NCBI GenBank assembly: GCA_040901985.1
Contig: JBBDYC010000012.1
Coordinates: 56,456 to 85,450, forward strand
Direction of reading: 5' to 3'
DNA from: Gemmatimonadaceae bacterium
Lineage (GTDB): Bacteria > Gemmatimonadota > Gemmatimonadetes > Gemmatimonadales > Gemmatimonadaceae
DNA: 28,995 nucleotides
Positions 17,403 to 26,772 of the stretch are shown here, one piece after another (positions within the stretch are counted from its first letter, which is position 1; each line of letters starts with the position of its first letter). The translations under genes were made by a program, and so were the position numbers. The notes beneath the pieces were generated by a model. The model was not told the origin of the DNA, did no database searches, and worked only from the letters and a program-made list of their open reading frames with translations.

Positions 17403-17581
17403 GCGGGCGGCGGCACGGCCGCCGGGCCGCCCGCTTCCGCCTGACACTTGGCGCAGAGCGTCACCCCGCGCAACTCGCAGATCTGGCAGATGAACGTCCC
17501 GCAGTTGTCGCAGGGATACCCCTCCGACGCCCGCTCCTCCTTGCCACAGGCGCGGCAGACCATCAGATCGTGTTCGGTCAT
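17399..17581 (-). CDS. 60-aa Cys-rich putative double zinc-finger protein
   Basis: GGAGG SD before ATG; four CxxC pairs; stop coupled to the peptidase start. Confidence 0.85.
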   Translation of the reverse strand: MTEHDLMVCRACGKEERASEGYPCDNCGTFICQICELRGVTLCAKCQAEAGGPAAVPPPA

Positions 17582-17618
17582 CGGACCTCCAATGCGGGAT
17601 GCCACGGACCCTGCGCGC

Positions 17619-18968
17619 TCACCGCGGCTTCTCGGCGAGCTCGTACTCGCGAATCTTCTTGATCAGCGTCGCGCGCGATATCCCGAGCTCCTTCGCGGCG
17701 TGGGTCCGGTTGTGCGCGTGCGCGCGGAGCGTCCGGTCAATGTGTGCCCGCTCAACCTCGGTCAGCGAACGCGGCTCGTGATGCACGACCTCGCCGCCGC
17801 TGGCGTGCTGCACCTCGCGCGGCAGGTGCATCAGGTCCACCGCCGGCAGGCCGCGCGCCATCAGCATCGCCCGCTCGAGCACGTTGCGCAGCTCGCGGAT
17901 GTTCCCCGGCCACCCGTAGCGGAGGATCGCGTCGAGCGCGGCGTCGGTCAGCGCCGTTGGTGCGCCGGGCAGCGATGGCAGCAGGGCGTCCTGGACCGCC
18001 GCCACCAACTCCAGCAGGTCCTCGCGCACGCGCAGCCGCAGCGGCGGAAGCTGGATCGGCATCACCGCGAGGCGATAGTAGAGATCCTCGCGGAAGCGCC
18101 CCGCCGCGACTTCGCTGGCGAGGTCCTTCGACGACGCCGCGATTACGCGCACATTCGGCGTGATCTCGTCCCGGCCACCGACGCGCCGAAACCCCTTCCC
18201 CTCGAGCACGCGCACCAGCTTCGGTTGCAGCGCCATGTCGAGGTCACTGATCTCGTCGAGCAGGATGACACCGCCGTCGGCGATCTCGAACGCGCCCGGC
18301 TTGGTCACCGACCCCGGCTCGGCGCCCGCCTCGACGCCGAACAGCTCGGTGTCGAGCGAATCCGGGCGGAGCGTGGCGCAGTTGACGTCCACGAAGGGTT
18401 TTGAGGCGCGTGGACTCTGGGCGTGCAGCAGCGCCGCCACGCGTCCCTTGCCCGCCCCGCTCTCCCCGAGGATGAGCGCCGTCGTGCGGTCGCTCGCCGC
18501 GAGCAGGGTGACCTGGGCCTGCAGCTCACGCATCGCCGGCGACGAGCCGAAGACGAGATTCTGTCCGGACCCGTGCTTGTCGCTCAGCCAGCGACTCAGC
18601 CGCCGGAGCTGCGCCTTCTCCAGCGCGCGCTCCGCCGCCACCGCCAAGTGGCTCAGGTCCACCGGCTTGGTCAGGAAGTTCTCCGCCCCCTTGTGCAGGG
18701 CGTCCACCGCCATCGGCACGTCTCCGTACGCAGTGACCATGATCACGACCGGGTTGTGCTCACGGATCGCCGCGAGGACGTCGAAGCCAGTCATGTCCGG
18801 CAGGCGCACGTCGAGCAGCACCAGGTCCGGCCGCAGGCGTTTGTACGCCTCGATGCCTTCCGCCCCCGTGTGCGCCTCGGCGACCGTATGCGCCCCGTCG
18901 TGGCGAAAGAACATCGCGAACGCGGTCGCGATGGCCACTTCGTCGTCAATGATCAGGATGCTCGCCAT
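17619..18968 (-). CDS. NtrC-family response regulator (REC-AAA+-Fis HTH) with degenerate GAFTGA loop
   Basis: IIDDE, LLDVRLPD, KP; GESGAGK, LLDEI, FREDLYYRL, WPGNIRELRN; HTH AAKELGISRATL. Confidence 0.93.
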   Translation of the reverse strand: MASILIIDDEVAIATAFAMFFRHDGAHTVAEAHTGAEGIEAYKRLRPDLVLLDVRLPDMTGFDVLAAIREHNPVVIMVTAYGDVPMAVDALHKGAENFLTKPVDLSHLAVAAERALEKAQLRRLSRWLSDKHGSGQNLVFGSSPAMRELQAQVTLLAASDRTTALILGESGAGKGRVAALLHAQSPRASKPFVDVNCATLRPDSLDTELFGVEAGAEPGSVTKPGAFEIADGGVILLDEISDLDMALQPKLVRVLEGKGFRRVGGRDEITPNVRVIAASSKDLASEVAAGRFREDLYYRLAVMPIQLPPLRLRVREDLLELVAAVQDALLPSLPGAPTALTDAALDAILRYGWPGNIRELRNVLERAMLMARGLPAVDLMHLPREVQHASGGEVVHHEPRSLTEVERAHIDRTLRAHAHNRTHAAKELGISRATLIKKIREYELAEKPR

Positions 18969-18971
18969 AGG

Positions 18972-19064
18972 TCAGCTGGAGGATTTCACCGGGGGCGCCA
19001 CCAACGGAAGCGTCACCTCGAACTGCGCGCCGTTGCCGGGATGCGACTGCGTAATGTGGCACCC
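18972..19064 (-). pseudogene. 3' remnant of a sensor histidine kinase (end of HATPase_c domain)
   Basis: Reads GCHITQSHPGNGAQFEVTLPLVAPPVKSSS-TGA and ends 3 nt before the regulator ATG; in-frame stop upstream at 19125-19127. Confidence 0.65.
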
Positions 19065-19169
19065 TCGCGGCGACTTCGCACCGTGATCCGCCGCGTCCCC
19101 GAAATGCCGCTCGCCGCCCACCGGCTACGGGGAGTGGCCCAACATATGGGCGCCGACGGGGCCCAGCAA

Positions 19170-20045
19170 TCACGACGCGGGGGCGAGGAAGCGCGCCGCG
19201 CCTGGACGCACGAGGGCATCGAGCACCGAGGTCGTCAGCACTTCGCCATCGGCCTGGGCCGGCACGCCCGAGGGGACCTCCAGGCGGATCGCCCGGGCCC
19301 GCACAAAGAGCATCCGCGGGTCGTCGCGGAAGTCGTGCCGAAGGAGCCGCGCCAGGATTGCCGCCAGGTCCACGATGCCGCGCGGCGTGAAGATGCAGAG
19401 GTCGAGCCACCCGTCATCCGGCCGCACGCCGGGGCCAAAGGCGATCCGCCCGCCCATCACCGAGCCCAGGTTCGCGATCATCGCCAATCCGGCGTCGCGC
19501 TCGATGGCCACGCCGTCCGCCACGGCACGCACCGCGAAGCGCCGCGCCGCGAGTGCCGACGTGGCACCACTGGCGACGTAGGCGCCCACCCCGAGCCATC
19601 GCTTGAGCGTCGGCGAAGCGCCGGCGATGATCGCCGCATCCATCCCGACACCGGCCGCGATGGCGAAGTGGCGGCCGTCGGAGAGGCGGCCCAGGTCGAA
19701 GGGGCGCATCGAGGCGCGGTGCAGTGCGCGGACTGCGGCGCCGGCATCCAGCGGAATCCGCAAGTGTCGCGCCAGTTGGTTCCCCGTCCCGCCCGGGATG
19801 ATCCCGATGGCGCGAGCGCTGTCGGCCAGCGCGCCGACGACCTCCATCACCGTCCCATCGCCACCGATGACGAAGAGCGGACCGTCGCTGCGGTCGTCCC
19901 GCGCGAGGCGTGCCGCGTCGCCGGTCGCCGCGGTGCGCCGGATGTCGGGCTCGATTCCGAGTCCGCGGAAGGCCGCGACCGCCCCTCGCTCGGCCGCGAC
20001 TCCGCCGCCCGCGGCGGGATTCACGATCACCACCGGCGCCGACAC
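19170..20045 (-). CDS. Diacylglycerol/lipid kinase family protein (YegS/DgkB-like)
   Basis: IVNPAAG, GGDGTVMEV, IPGGTGN, GMDA, DDGWLD, QADGE. Confidence 0.93.
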   Translation of the reverse strand: MSAPVVIVNPAAGGGVAAERGAVAAFRGLGIEPDIRRTAATGDAARLARDDRSDGPLFVIGGDGTVMEVVGALADSARAIGIIPGGTGNQLARHLRIPLDAGAAVRALHRASMRPFDLGRLSDGRHFAIAAGVGMDAAIIAGASPTLKRWLGVGAYVASGATSALAARRFAVRAVADGVAIERDAGLAMIANLGSVMGGRIAFGPGVRPDDGWLDLCIFTPRGIVDLAAILARLLRHDFRDDPRMLFVRARAIRLEVPSGVPAQADGEVLTTSVLDALVRPGAARFLAPAS

Positions 20046-20047
20046 GC

Positions 20048-23000
20048 TCAGAAGCGCCAGAAGCGGAAGAGGTCGAATCCCACCTGACGCGGCGTCGGCA
20101 CGAACCCGCGTGCGCTGGTGTTGGCGTTGGCCGAGCAGAGCACCGCGCTCGTCGGCGGCTCGACGCCGATCGAGGCGGAGAGGTTCGGGCCAAGCAGGTA
20201 GTCGAGCTTCACGCCAAGCGCGTCGGTGAACGAGAGCGGGCTGTTGTTGTTCTGGGTGACGAACTGCCCGACCTGGCAGAGGCCCGCGTCGAGTCGCACG
20301 AAGGCACGGTCCCCGACCTGCTTGGCGCAGTTGAACCGCATCCCGGCGAGGATTCCGCCCCCGACCTGACGGAGCGGCCCGCCGTACCCCTCGAGTCCGG
20401 CCGTCGAGAGCTGGGCGTCATCGCAGACGCCGGCCGGCACCTTGCCGCCGAGCACGCTGCCGAGCGACCCGAGCACGACGCGTGCGGCAGTCGCCGAGAG
20501 GTCGCCGCTACGGCCGCCGATCTCGAAGCTCGGGCCGCCCGTCACCAGATACGAGATCAGGTCGGAATTCGTGACACGCACCGAATCGGGCGTCGAGAGC
20601 TCGGCGGTCGGCTGCAGGAGCGTGCCGCCGAGATGCACCCGCACGCGCACATCCGGCCGCGCCCCCTGCTCGCTGTACTGCCGCACGGTGTGGAGGGCCG
20701 TGATGTCGAGCGTCGGATTGAGGTCGGGGTCGCCGTAGAACCGGATCTCGCCGCCCTCGACCTCGAAGGTGCGCTGCACGGGACCGAGATTGAGCCGGTA
20801 CGTGCCACGCACCGTCTGCAGCGGTCCATCGAGCGCCAACTGCGGCCGGCCGGCGTTGCGCCCGCGGGTGACGAGGCCGCGCGTGATCAGCACCGAGCCG
20901 CCAAGATTGATGTTCGCCTCCGACGACCGCAGCCAGACGTCTCGGCCCATTGCGATCGGCACGCCGGCGATCGTCAGTCCCTCGACGAAGGCCGGCGGCG
21001 ACTCGAGCACGCTGAGGCGGTCGACGAGCGCCGTGCTGTCCCCGATCCCGAACCGATCCGGCTCGTCAAGGGAGATGACGTCCTTGCTCGCCAGTTCGGG
21101 GATGCTGACCACCGCACGGTCCGCGGTGAGTGCGCCGCGGAGCACGGCATTGAGCCAGGAGCCACTGAGCTGCAGTTCGCCCGAGAGATCCACGTCGGCG
21201 ATGTCGGGGCGGTTGAAGATGTGAAAATCGCGACCCGTGAATCGAAGGTCGAGGAGCGGATCGGCGCGGTCATCCATGCGCAGCCAGCCAGTGATGGACG
21301 CGCGGCCGGCGCGCGTCGGCCCCGTCGTCGCAGAGAGCCGGCGCACGGCGATGCTGTCGCCGACGAACCCGATGTCGGCCTCGACGTTGCCCCAGGTCAC
21401 GTTCCCCAGCTGGGCGGGCGCGAGGGTCCCGTTCCGCACGACGATTCCGCCGTCCACCGACGGCCGCGCCCAGGTCCCGCCGAGCGTGAGCTGCGCGGCC
21501 AACCGACCTCGTGCACCGTTGGCGCCGCGCGTCAGCGACTCGAAGACCTCGAGCCCGAGTGAGTCGCTGCGGATCCGGCCGCTGATCGGTCCGTCCGGAC
21601 GCATCCCCATCCCCCGGCCGTCGAGGCTGAACCGGAGGGGCAGCATCGCGTCGGCGACGGTGGTCGGGGCGAGGCGCGGCCCGAGCGCGACTCGCACGTC
21701 AAGCTGGTCGGCGTCAACCCGTGCGACGGCGCGCAGCGTGTCGAGCCGAACGCCGAGCACCAGGGCTTGCCGCAACGCACCCTCGGCGACAAGCGTCGGG
21801 GCCGCGCGCGACCCGGACAACGCGCCTTCAACGTCGAACCAGCCCTCCCGAAAGCCGTCGAGGCCGAAGAGCTCGGCGATGTCGGCCATCGGCACCTCGA
21901 CCGCCGAGAGCCGGAGGTCGATCGCGCCGGCGGCGGGCAGTTGGCCGGCGACGCGCACGACCGTCGCCCCGTCGGCGCGCAGGTCGAGCGAATCCACGCG
22001 GAACCCTGAGTCGGCGAACACGAAGTGCGCCGGTGTCAGGAGCCGCCAGCGGTGCAGCGCCGTGGTCAGGGAAAGCGAATCCACCCCGATCGTGAGTGTG
22101 TCGCCGACCCGCGAGACCGAGCCGCCGGAGCGAAGGAGCGTACCCGCGTCGCCGGTCGCGGCGACCTGCACCATCGCCCGCCGTCCCTCGGTGACCTCCG
22201 CGTCCACGCGCGCGCGCTCAAGCGCGAACCCACCGACCCGGAGCGAGTCGCCGGAGACGCCGAGCGTCCCCACCGCCGCCGTGGGCAAGCCGGTGAAGTG
22301 GGCCGTGCCGCGGAGCGCCTGCACCGTGTTCCCGGCGAGGAGCAGTCCCCCGGCCGTGACGGTGGCGTCCATCGCGAAGTCGCGGACCCAACCGACCGCG
22401 CGCGCGTCGAGTTGCACCGCGCCGGCAATCGAGTCCCCGGCAACGTGACCCAGCCAGGGGCGGAGGCCGCCGAGTGAGTCGAGACGCGTCCGGAGCCGCA
22501 GGGTGTCGCTCCGGCCGGCGTGCAGCCCAAGCGCCCCGCTCCCGGTCGCCGCAATGGCGGTGGACTCGAGGTAGAGCGTGTCGAGCTCCGCCCGGCCGTC
22601 GGCGAAGCGCGCCCGGGCGAGTCCGGCGAAGATCCGCGCACCTTCCACCGCCGAGCGGTCGAGGGTGAGTTCGCTCTCGCCGCGGAGATTGGCGAGGGAG
22701 TCGCCGCGCACGTCGAGTGTCAGTCGGCCATTGAGCTCGGCCGCCGGCAGGTGCGGACGGCCGAACAGACGCCGCGGGTCGAGCGCGCTGAACGTTCCGC
22801 GCCCGGTGACTCTGTAGGCCGGCGATTGGGTGTCGAGACGCATATCGGTCTCGACGCGTCCGCCTTCGCCGACGATGTCCGCCACGACGGTGAGGTCGTC
22901 GAGCGTCCCCCGCACGCGGATCGGGCCGCTGTACTCGCCGCGAAGCGGCAACGACGGGAAGGAGCGCGCGATGGCGGTGAACGAGAGTGGAAGCGCGGCC

Positions 23001-24520
23001 GCGTCCAGCTCGTAGGCGATCGGCCCCTCACCCCAGTCGATCCGCGCGGTGCCGCGCAGGCGACTGGGGGCCGCGTCGCCGTCGCCGAGCGTGAAATCGG
23101 CATCGCGGAGCCGGACGTCGAGCCACGACGAGTCGAGCCGCGCCGTCCCCGAGAGCGTGCCGTTGAGCCGCGGAAAATCCCGGTCGAGTGCCTGCGCCGT
23201 GCGGAGATCGAACGCGGTGAGCGCGAGGTCGAAGCCGCGAAAGGTCGTGTTGCCGGGATCGAGGATGTCGAGTTCGCCGCGGCCCCGCGCCCGGGCGACG
23301 GCGCCCTCGACGTTCGCGTCGCGGAAGAGTGCCGTCAGGTCGTCCACCACGAAGCGGTCGAGCGGGCCACCGGACGCCCGCACCCGACCGGTGAACTGCC
23401 CGCGCAACGGTACGGGGAACGGCCCCCGATTGAAGCGCTCGAGCAGTTCGACATCGAGCGGCGAGGCGTTGAGGTCCACGTCGCGGAGCGTCGTCACCGC
23501 GCCGCCGATGCCCCACGTCATCCGCCCAGACAGCCGCGAGCGGTGGCTCCGCACGTCAAGATCGGTGAGTGCGTAGTCCAACACCTCCGGCCGCGCGGCG
23601 GTGTTGGTGATGTCCAGCACCATCCGTCCGCCCCCCGTGGTCGGAATCGCGTCGGAGATCCAGGCGACGTCGGCGAGGGCCACCGAGTCGGAGTGGACCC
23701 GGATCGCGAAACGGACCGGGTTCCCTCGGCCGCCCCAGATGCGGCCGGCGGCGCGCCCGGTCGAGCCCGGCAGTTCGAACCGGTCGAGGGTGATGTCAAT
23801 GCTGTCCCCGACCCAGTGCACCTCGCCACGGACGCTGCGGAAGTCGAACGGCGGATCGGTCGCATTCACGGCCAGGTGCGCAATCTCGAAGTGGCGCCCC
23901 GTCGTGTGGGGATAGGCGAGTTGGACCCTCGGCAGGTCGAGCGAGACGTCGAGCCAGCGTCGGACCCGGAGCGGGCGACGCGCACCCGGCACGGCCGCCG
24001 CCTCGTCGCGTCGGTCGGGGAGCATCAGCGCGAAGACGCCGTCGCGCACCGTCACCTGCTCAAGCAGGAATACCGCGCCGATGGCCGAGCGCCGTCGCAG
24101 TGCTCGGCGCGCCGGATTCGGTGGCCAGAGCTTCTGATGCGACCACCGGCCGTCGGCCTCGCGCCGCATCGCGAAGTAGGGGCGCTCGAGCTCGACCGTC
24201 CGGAAGATGAGCCGGCCGTCCGCGAGGTCGCGCGGATCGTAGGTCAACCGGATCGGCCCCGACGCCACGAAGACCGAGTCGTCGCGGTCGGCGATCAGGA
24301 GCGAGTCGATCCGGAGGTCCGTGAGGAACGAGCCGCTGAGCGTGCCAAGGTGCACGCGCCCCTGCAGCGTCCGCGCGAGCTGCGCCTCGAGGCCGCGGCG
24401 GATCCACTCCCGCCCGCGCTCGCTCTGTGTCGCGGCGACGAAGCCGCCGACGGCCACCCCGCCTATGGCGAGCATCAGCACGGCGCTGACCAGCGCGACG
24501 ATGCGGCGGCGGATCATCAT
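20048..24520 (-). CDS. tamB: TamB/AsmA-like translocation/assembly module protein (about 1490 aa)
   Basis: N-terminal membrane anchor, long beta-rich repeats, DUF490-like region (G.IRFYGDPDLNPTLDITA...LISYLVTG); directly follows an Omp85 gene. Confidence 0.85.
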   Translation of the reverse strand: MMIRRRIVALVSAVLMLAIGGVAVGGFVAATQSERGREWIRRGLEAQLARTLQGRVHLGTLSGSFLTDLRIDSLLIADRDDSVFVASGPIRLTYDPRDLADGRLIFRTVELERPYFAMRREADGRWSHQKLWPPNPARRALRRRSAIGAVFLLEQVTVRDGVFALMLPDRRDEAAAVPGARRPLRVRRWLDVSLDLPRVQLAYPHTTGRHFEIAHLAVNATDPPFDFRSVRGEVHWVGDSIDITLDRFELPGSTGRAAGRIWGGRGNPVRFAIRVHSDSVALADVAWISDAIPTTGGGRMVLDITNTAARPEVLDYALTDLDVRSHRSRLSGRMTWGIGGAVTTLRDVDLNASPLDVELLERFNRGPFPVPLRGQFTGRVRASGGPLDRFVVDDLTALFRDANVEGAVARARGRGELDILDPGNTTFRGFDLALTAFDLRTAQALDRDFPRLNGTLSGTARLDSSWLDVRLRDADFTLGDGDAAPSRLRGTARIDWGEGPIAYELDAAALPLSFTAIARSFPSLPLRGEYSGPIRVRGTLDDLTVVADIVGEGGRVETDMRLDTQSPAYRVTGRGTFSALDPRRLFGRPHLPAAELNGRLTLDVRGDSLANLRGESELTLDRSAVEGARIFAGLARARFADGRAELDTLYLESTAIAATGSGALGLHAGRSDTLRLRTRLDSLGGLRPWLGHVAGDSIAGAVQLDARAVGWVRDFAMDATVTAGGLLLAGNTVQALRGTAHFTGLPTAAVGTLGVSGDSLRVGGFALERARVDAEVTEGRRAMVQVAATGDAGTLLRSGGSVSRVGDTLTIGVDSLSLTTALHRWRLLTPAHFVFADSGFRVDSLDLRADGATVVRVAGQLPAAGAIDLRLSAVEVPMADIAELFGLDGFREGWFDVEGALSGSRAAPTLVAEGALRQALVLGVRLDTLRAVARVDADQLDVRVALGPRLAPTTVADAMLPLRFSLDGRGMGMRPDGPISGRIRSDSLGLEVFESLTRGANGARGRLAAQLTLGGTWARPSVDGGIVVRNGTLAPAQLGNVTWGNVEADIGFVGDSIAVRRLSATTGPTRAGRASITGWLRMDDRADPLLDLRFTGRDFHIFNRPDIADVDLSGELQLSGSWLNAVLRGALTADRAVVSIPELASKDVISLDEPDRFGIGDSTALVDRLSVLESPPAFVEGLTIAGVPIAMGRDVWLRSSEANINLGGSVLITRGLVTRGRNAGRPQLALDGPLQTVRGTYRLNLGPVQRTFEVEGGEIRFYGDPDLNPTLDITALHTVRQYSEQGARPDVRVRVHLGGTLLQPTAELSTPDSVRVTNSDLISYLVTGGPSFEIGGRSGDLSATAARVVLGSLGSVLGGKVPAGVCDDAQLSTAGLEGYGGPLRQVGGGILAGMRFNCAKQVGDRAFVRLDAGLCQVGQFVTQNNNSPLSFTDALGVKLDYLLGPNLSASIGVEPPTSAVLCSANANTSARGFVPTPRQVGFDLFRFWRF

Positions 24521-24521
24521 C

Positions 24522-26768
24522 TCAGAACGCCTGCCCGATCGCGATGGACGGCGTCCATCGGCCAAAGATTCCGCGCGGCGTCCCCGGCGCATAGGTCGCC
24601 GGACACGACCCGCTCCCCTGCGCGAGCTCTCCGGACTGGAGCGTCACCGGGACCAGGTTGCCGGGGCTCACGCAGTACAGCGCGCCGCCGGCCGCGACCG
24701 GCGCGTCGAAGTACGCCGCGCCTCCTGGACGCGCATAGGGGTTGTAGGCGAGATCCGCTCGGAGGAATCCAATCGGCGTGCGCAACCGGATTCCCGCGCC
24801 CGGCGTCCATTTGAGCGACCGCGAGTCGAGTCCCGGCACGCCGACACCGCGATTCCAGAGTTCGCCGACATCGGTGAAGAGGGTCCAGGTGAGGAGGTTG
24901 GCAAGGAACGGGCTGGCGATCCGCAACTCGGCGTTCCCGACGAGCAGTGTGTTGCCGCCGGTCGGCACGGCGCGCTGCCCGACCAGGTCGGGGTCGGCAC
25001 GGAAGTAGACGGTGTCCGTCGGGCCGATCGCACCCGCCGGCGTCCCATCGGCGCGGACGGTGTCGAACCCGGCGGGGATGTACACCGAGGGCCCGAGCTC
25101 GTTCTGGCGGAATCCGCGGACCGTCGTCGGACCGCCGGCAAAGAGGCGCTCCTGCGGCGGCACGAACGCCGCCGCCTCGCTCAACGTGAAGCGCGGGCCG
25201 AGCACGATGCCAAGCCGGAGTCGCGCGGCAAGGACGACGTCGGGACCGAGTGGCGTGTAGAGGGACCCGTCGAGGGTCAGTCGGCTGAACTGCAGCGAGG
25301 CCTCCGACCCGACGAACCGCGACGCATAGCGCACCTCGGCGCGGCCGGCGACGCCGCTCCGCGGATCCACGGGGTTGTCGGTGTCCTGGTAGTTGGTCGA
25401 GGCGCTCACCATCGCGAGCCGCTGATTGCGCTGCAACGCGTCGCGGTCGGCGGAGACGCAGGCGTTGAAGACCGCGCAGTAGAGGGCGGGCTGCGCCTCG
25501 GTGCGGCCGTACTCCAGCGTGTAGCCGAGCGCCTGCGCCCGCCGCGGCGAACTGCGGGTGAGGGCGACCGTGCCGCCGGCCGGAGTCGTGCGCAGGAAGG
25601 CATTGTATTCCGACCGCCGTTCCGAGTAGAACGAGAGCGTCGGGACGAAGCTCGCCCGGAGGACGGCCGGCTGGCTCAGCGTCGTGCCGACGTAGTAGTT
25701 GAGGTTTTCGCTGTAGATGTCCTCCCGTGCCTGGGGGCAGAGCTGCGCCGCGCCGCCGAGCGGGTCGCCGATCCCAATCTTCGAGACGCGGCCACGCAGC
25801 TCGAGCCGCGTCGCCGAATCGAAGAGGTTGTATTCGGTGAAGTCGCCGGTCGTGCGGAAGCAGTCGAGCGAGCCCCAGCCGCCGCCGAGGCGCGCCGTGC
25901 GCAGGTATCCCTCGCGGACGTCAATGTCCACGGTGATGAGGGAGTCCCCGATCGGCGCCCCCGGTTCGACCGCCACCTGCGAGAACGCCTCGCTCTGGTA
26001 GAGCGTGCGCTTGGCCCGCTCGAGGAGCCGCTCGCGGTAGAGGTCGCCCTCATTGAGCCCGGCGAGTCGCCGGACTGCCGACTTGCGCACCTGTGGCGCA
26101 CCCCCGTCACGCCCCTCGTGCGCCACCGCGATCCGACCGATCCGGCGGCGCGCACCCGTCGCCACGGTGAAGATCACCGTCGCCCGCCGCGCGTCCCGGC
26201 GCGTGTCGTAGCCGAGGAAGGCCTCGGCGTCGGGGTACCCGGTGTCGCGCAGCCGACGCGTCAACGTGTCGCGCGTGGCGGCGTTGGCGTAGCGGTCGAA
26301 CCAGCCGCCGGTCCGCGACGGGAGCCCGCTGACGATCGCGTCACGCTCGGGGACGGCGTCGAGCCCGACGATGCGGAGCGTGTCAATGAGCACCGGCTCC
26401 CCCTCGTCTATCAGGAAGCGGACCTCGACGCGCCCCGCGCGGACGGTCGCCACCAGCGTGTCCACGGTGACGTCCACGAACCCGTGGTTTCGGTACCAGA
26501 CGCGGAGCCGCACGACGTCGCGCGGGAGTTCCGCCGCGTCAAGACAACGCTTCGCCCCGATGACCCGAAGGATTCGGCGCGCCCGCGAGGAGGCGGTCGT
26601 CACGACGCCGGCGGCGAGCGTGGCGTCGCTGAATGCCGCGTTGCCGGCAAAGCTCACTGCGGTCACCTCGACGTCCCCGCGGTCGCAGCGCGTCTCCTGC
26701 GCGCCCGCCACACCCGCCGCCGTCACGCTGAGCGCAAGGAGCATCCGCCACCCCGGAAGTCCGCTCAC
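24522..26768 (-). CDS. BamA/TamA (Omp85) family outer membrane protein
   Basis: Signal peptide, POTRA-like repeats (F.GN, YRNHGF, F.IDEGEP), FAGGPTTVRGF, TPIGFLRAD, C-terminal IGQAF. Confidence 0.92.
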   Translation of the reverse strand: MSGLPGWRMLLALSVTAAGVAGAQETRCDRGDVEVTAVSFAGNAAFSDATLAAGVVTTASSRARRILRVIGAKRCLDAAELPRDVVRLRVWYRNHGFVDVTVDTLVATVRAGRVEVRFLIDEGEPVLIDTLRIVGLDAVPERDAIVSGLPSRTGGWFDRYANAATRDTLTRRLRDTGYPDAEAFLGYDTRRDARRATVIFTVATGARRRIGRIAVAHEGRDGGAPQVRKSAVRRLAGLNEGDLYRERLLERAKRTLYQSEAFSQVAVEPGAPIGDSLITVDIDVREGYLRTARLGGGWGSLDCFRTTGDFTEYNLFDSATRLELRGRVSKIGIGDPLGGAAQLCPQAREDIYSENLNYYVGTTLSQPAVLRASFVPTLSFYSERRSEYNAFLRTTPAGGTVALTRSSPRRAQALGYTLEYGRTEAQPALYCAVFNACVSADRDALQRNQRLAMVSASTNYQDTDNPVDPRSGVAGRAEVRYASRFVGSEASLQFSRLTLDGSLYTPLGPDVVLAARLRLGIVLGPRFTLSEAAAFVPPQERLFAGGPTTVRGFRQNELGPSVYIPAGFDTVRADGTPAGAIGPTDTVYFRADPDLVGQRAVPTGGNTLLVGNAELRIASPFLANLLTWTLFTDVGELWNRGVGVPGLDSRSLKWTPGAGIRLRTPIGFLRADLAYNPYARPGGAAYFDAPVAAGGALYCVSPGNLVPVTLQSGELAQGSGSCPATYAPGTPRGIFGRWTPSIAIGQAF

Positions 26769-26772
26769 CGCG

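Noticed and set aside
19057..19072. TGGCAC near the NtrC-like gene as a sigma54 -24 element
   Set aside because: No TTGC at the -12 position, and it points away from the regulator
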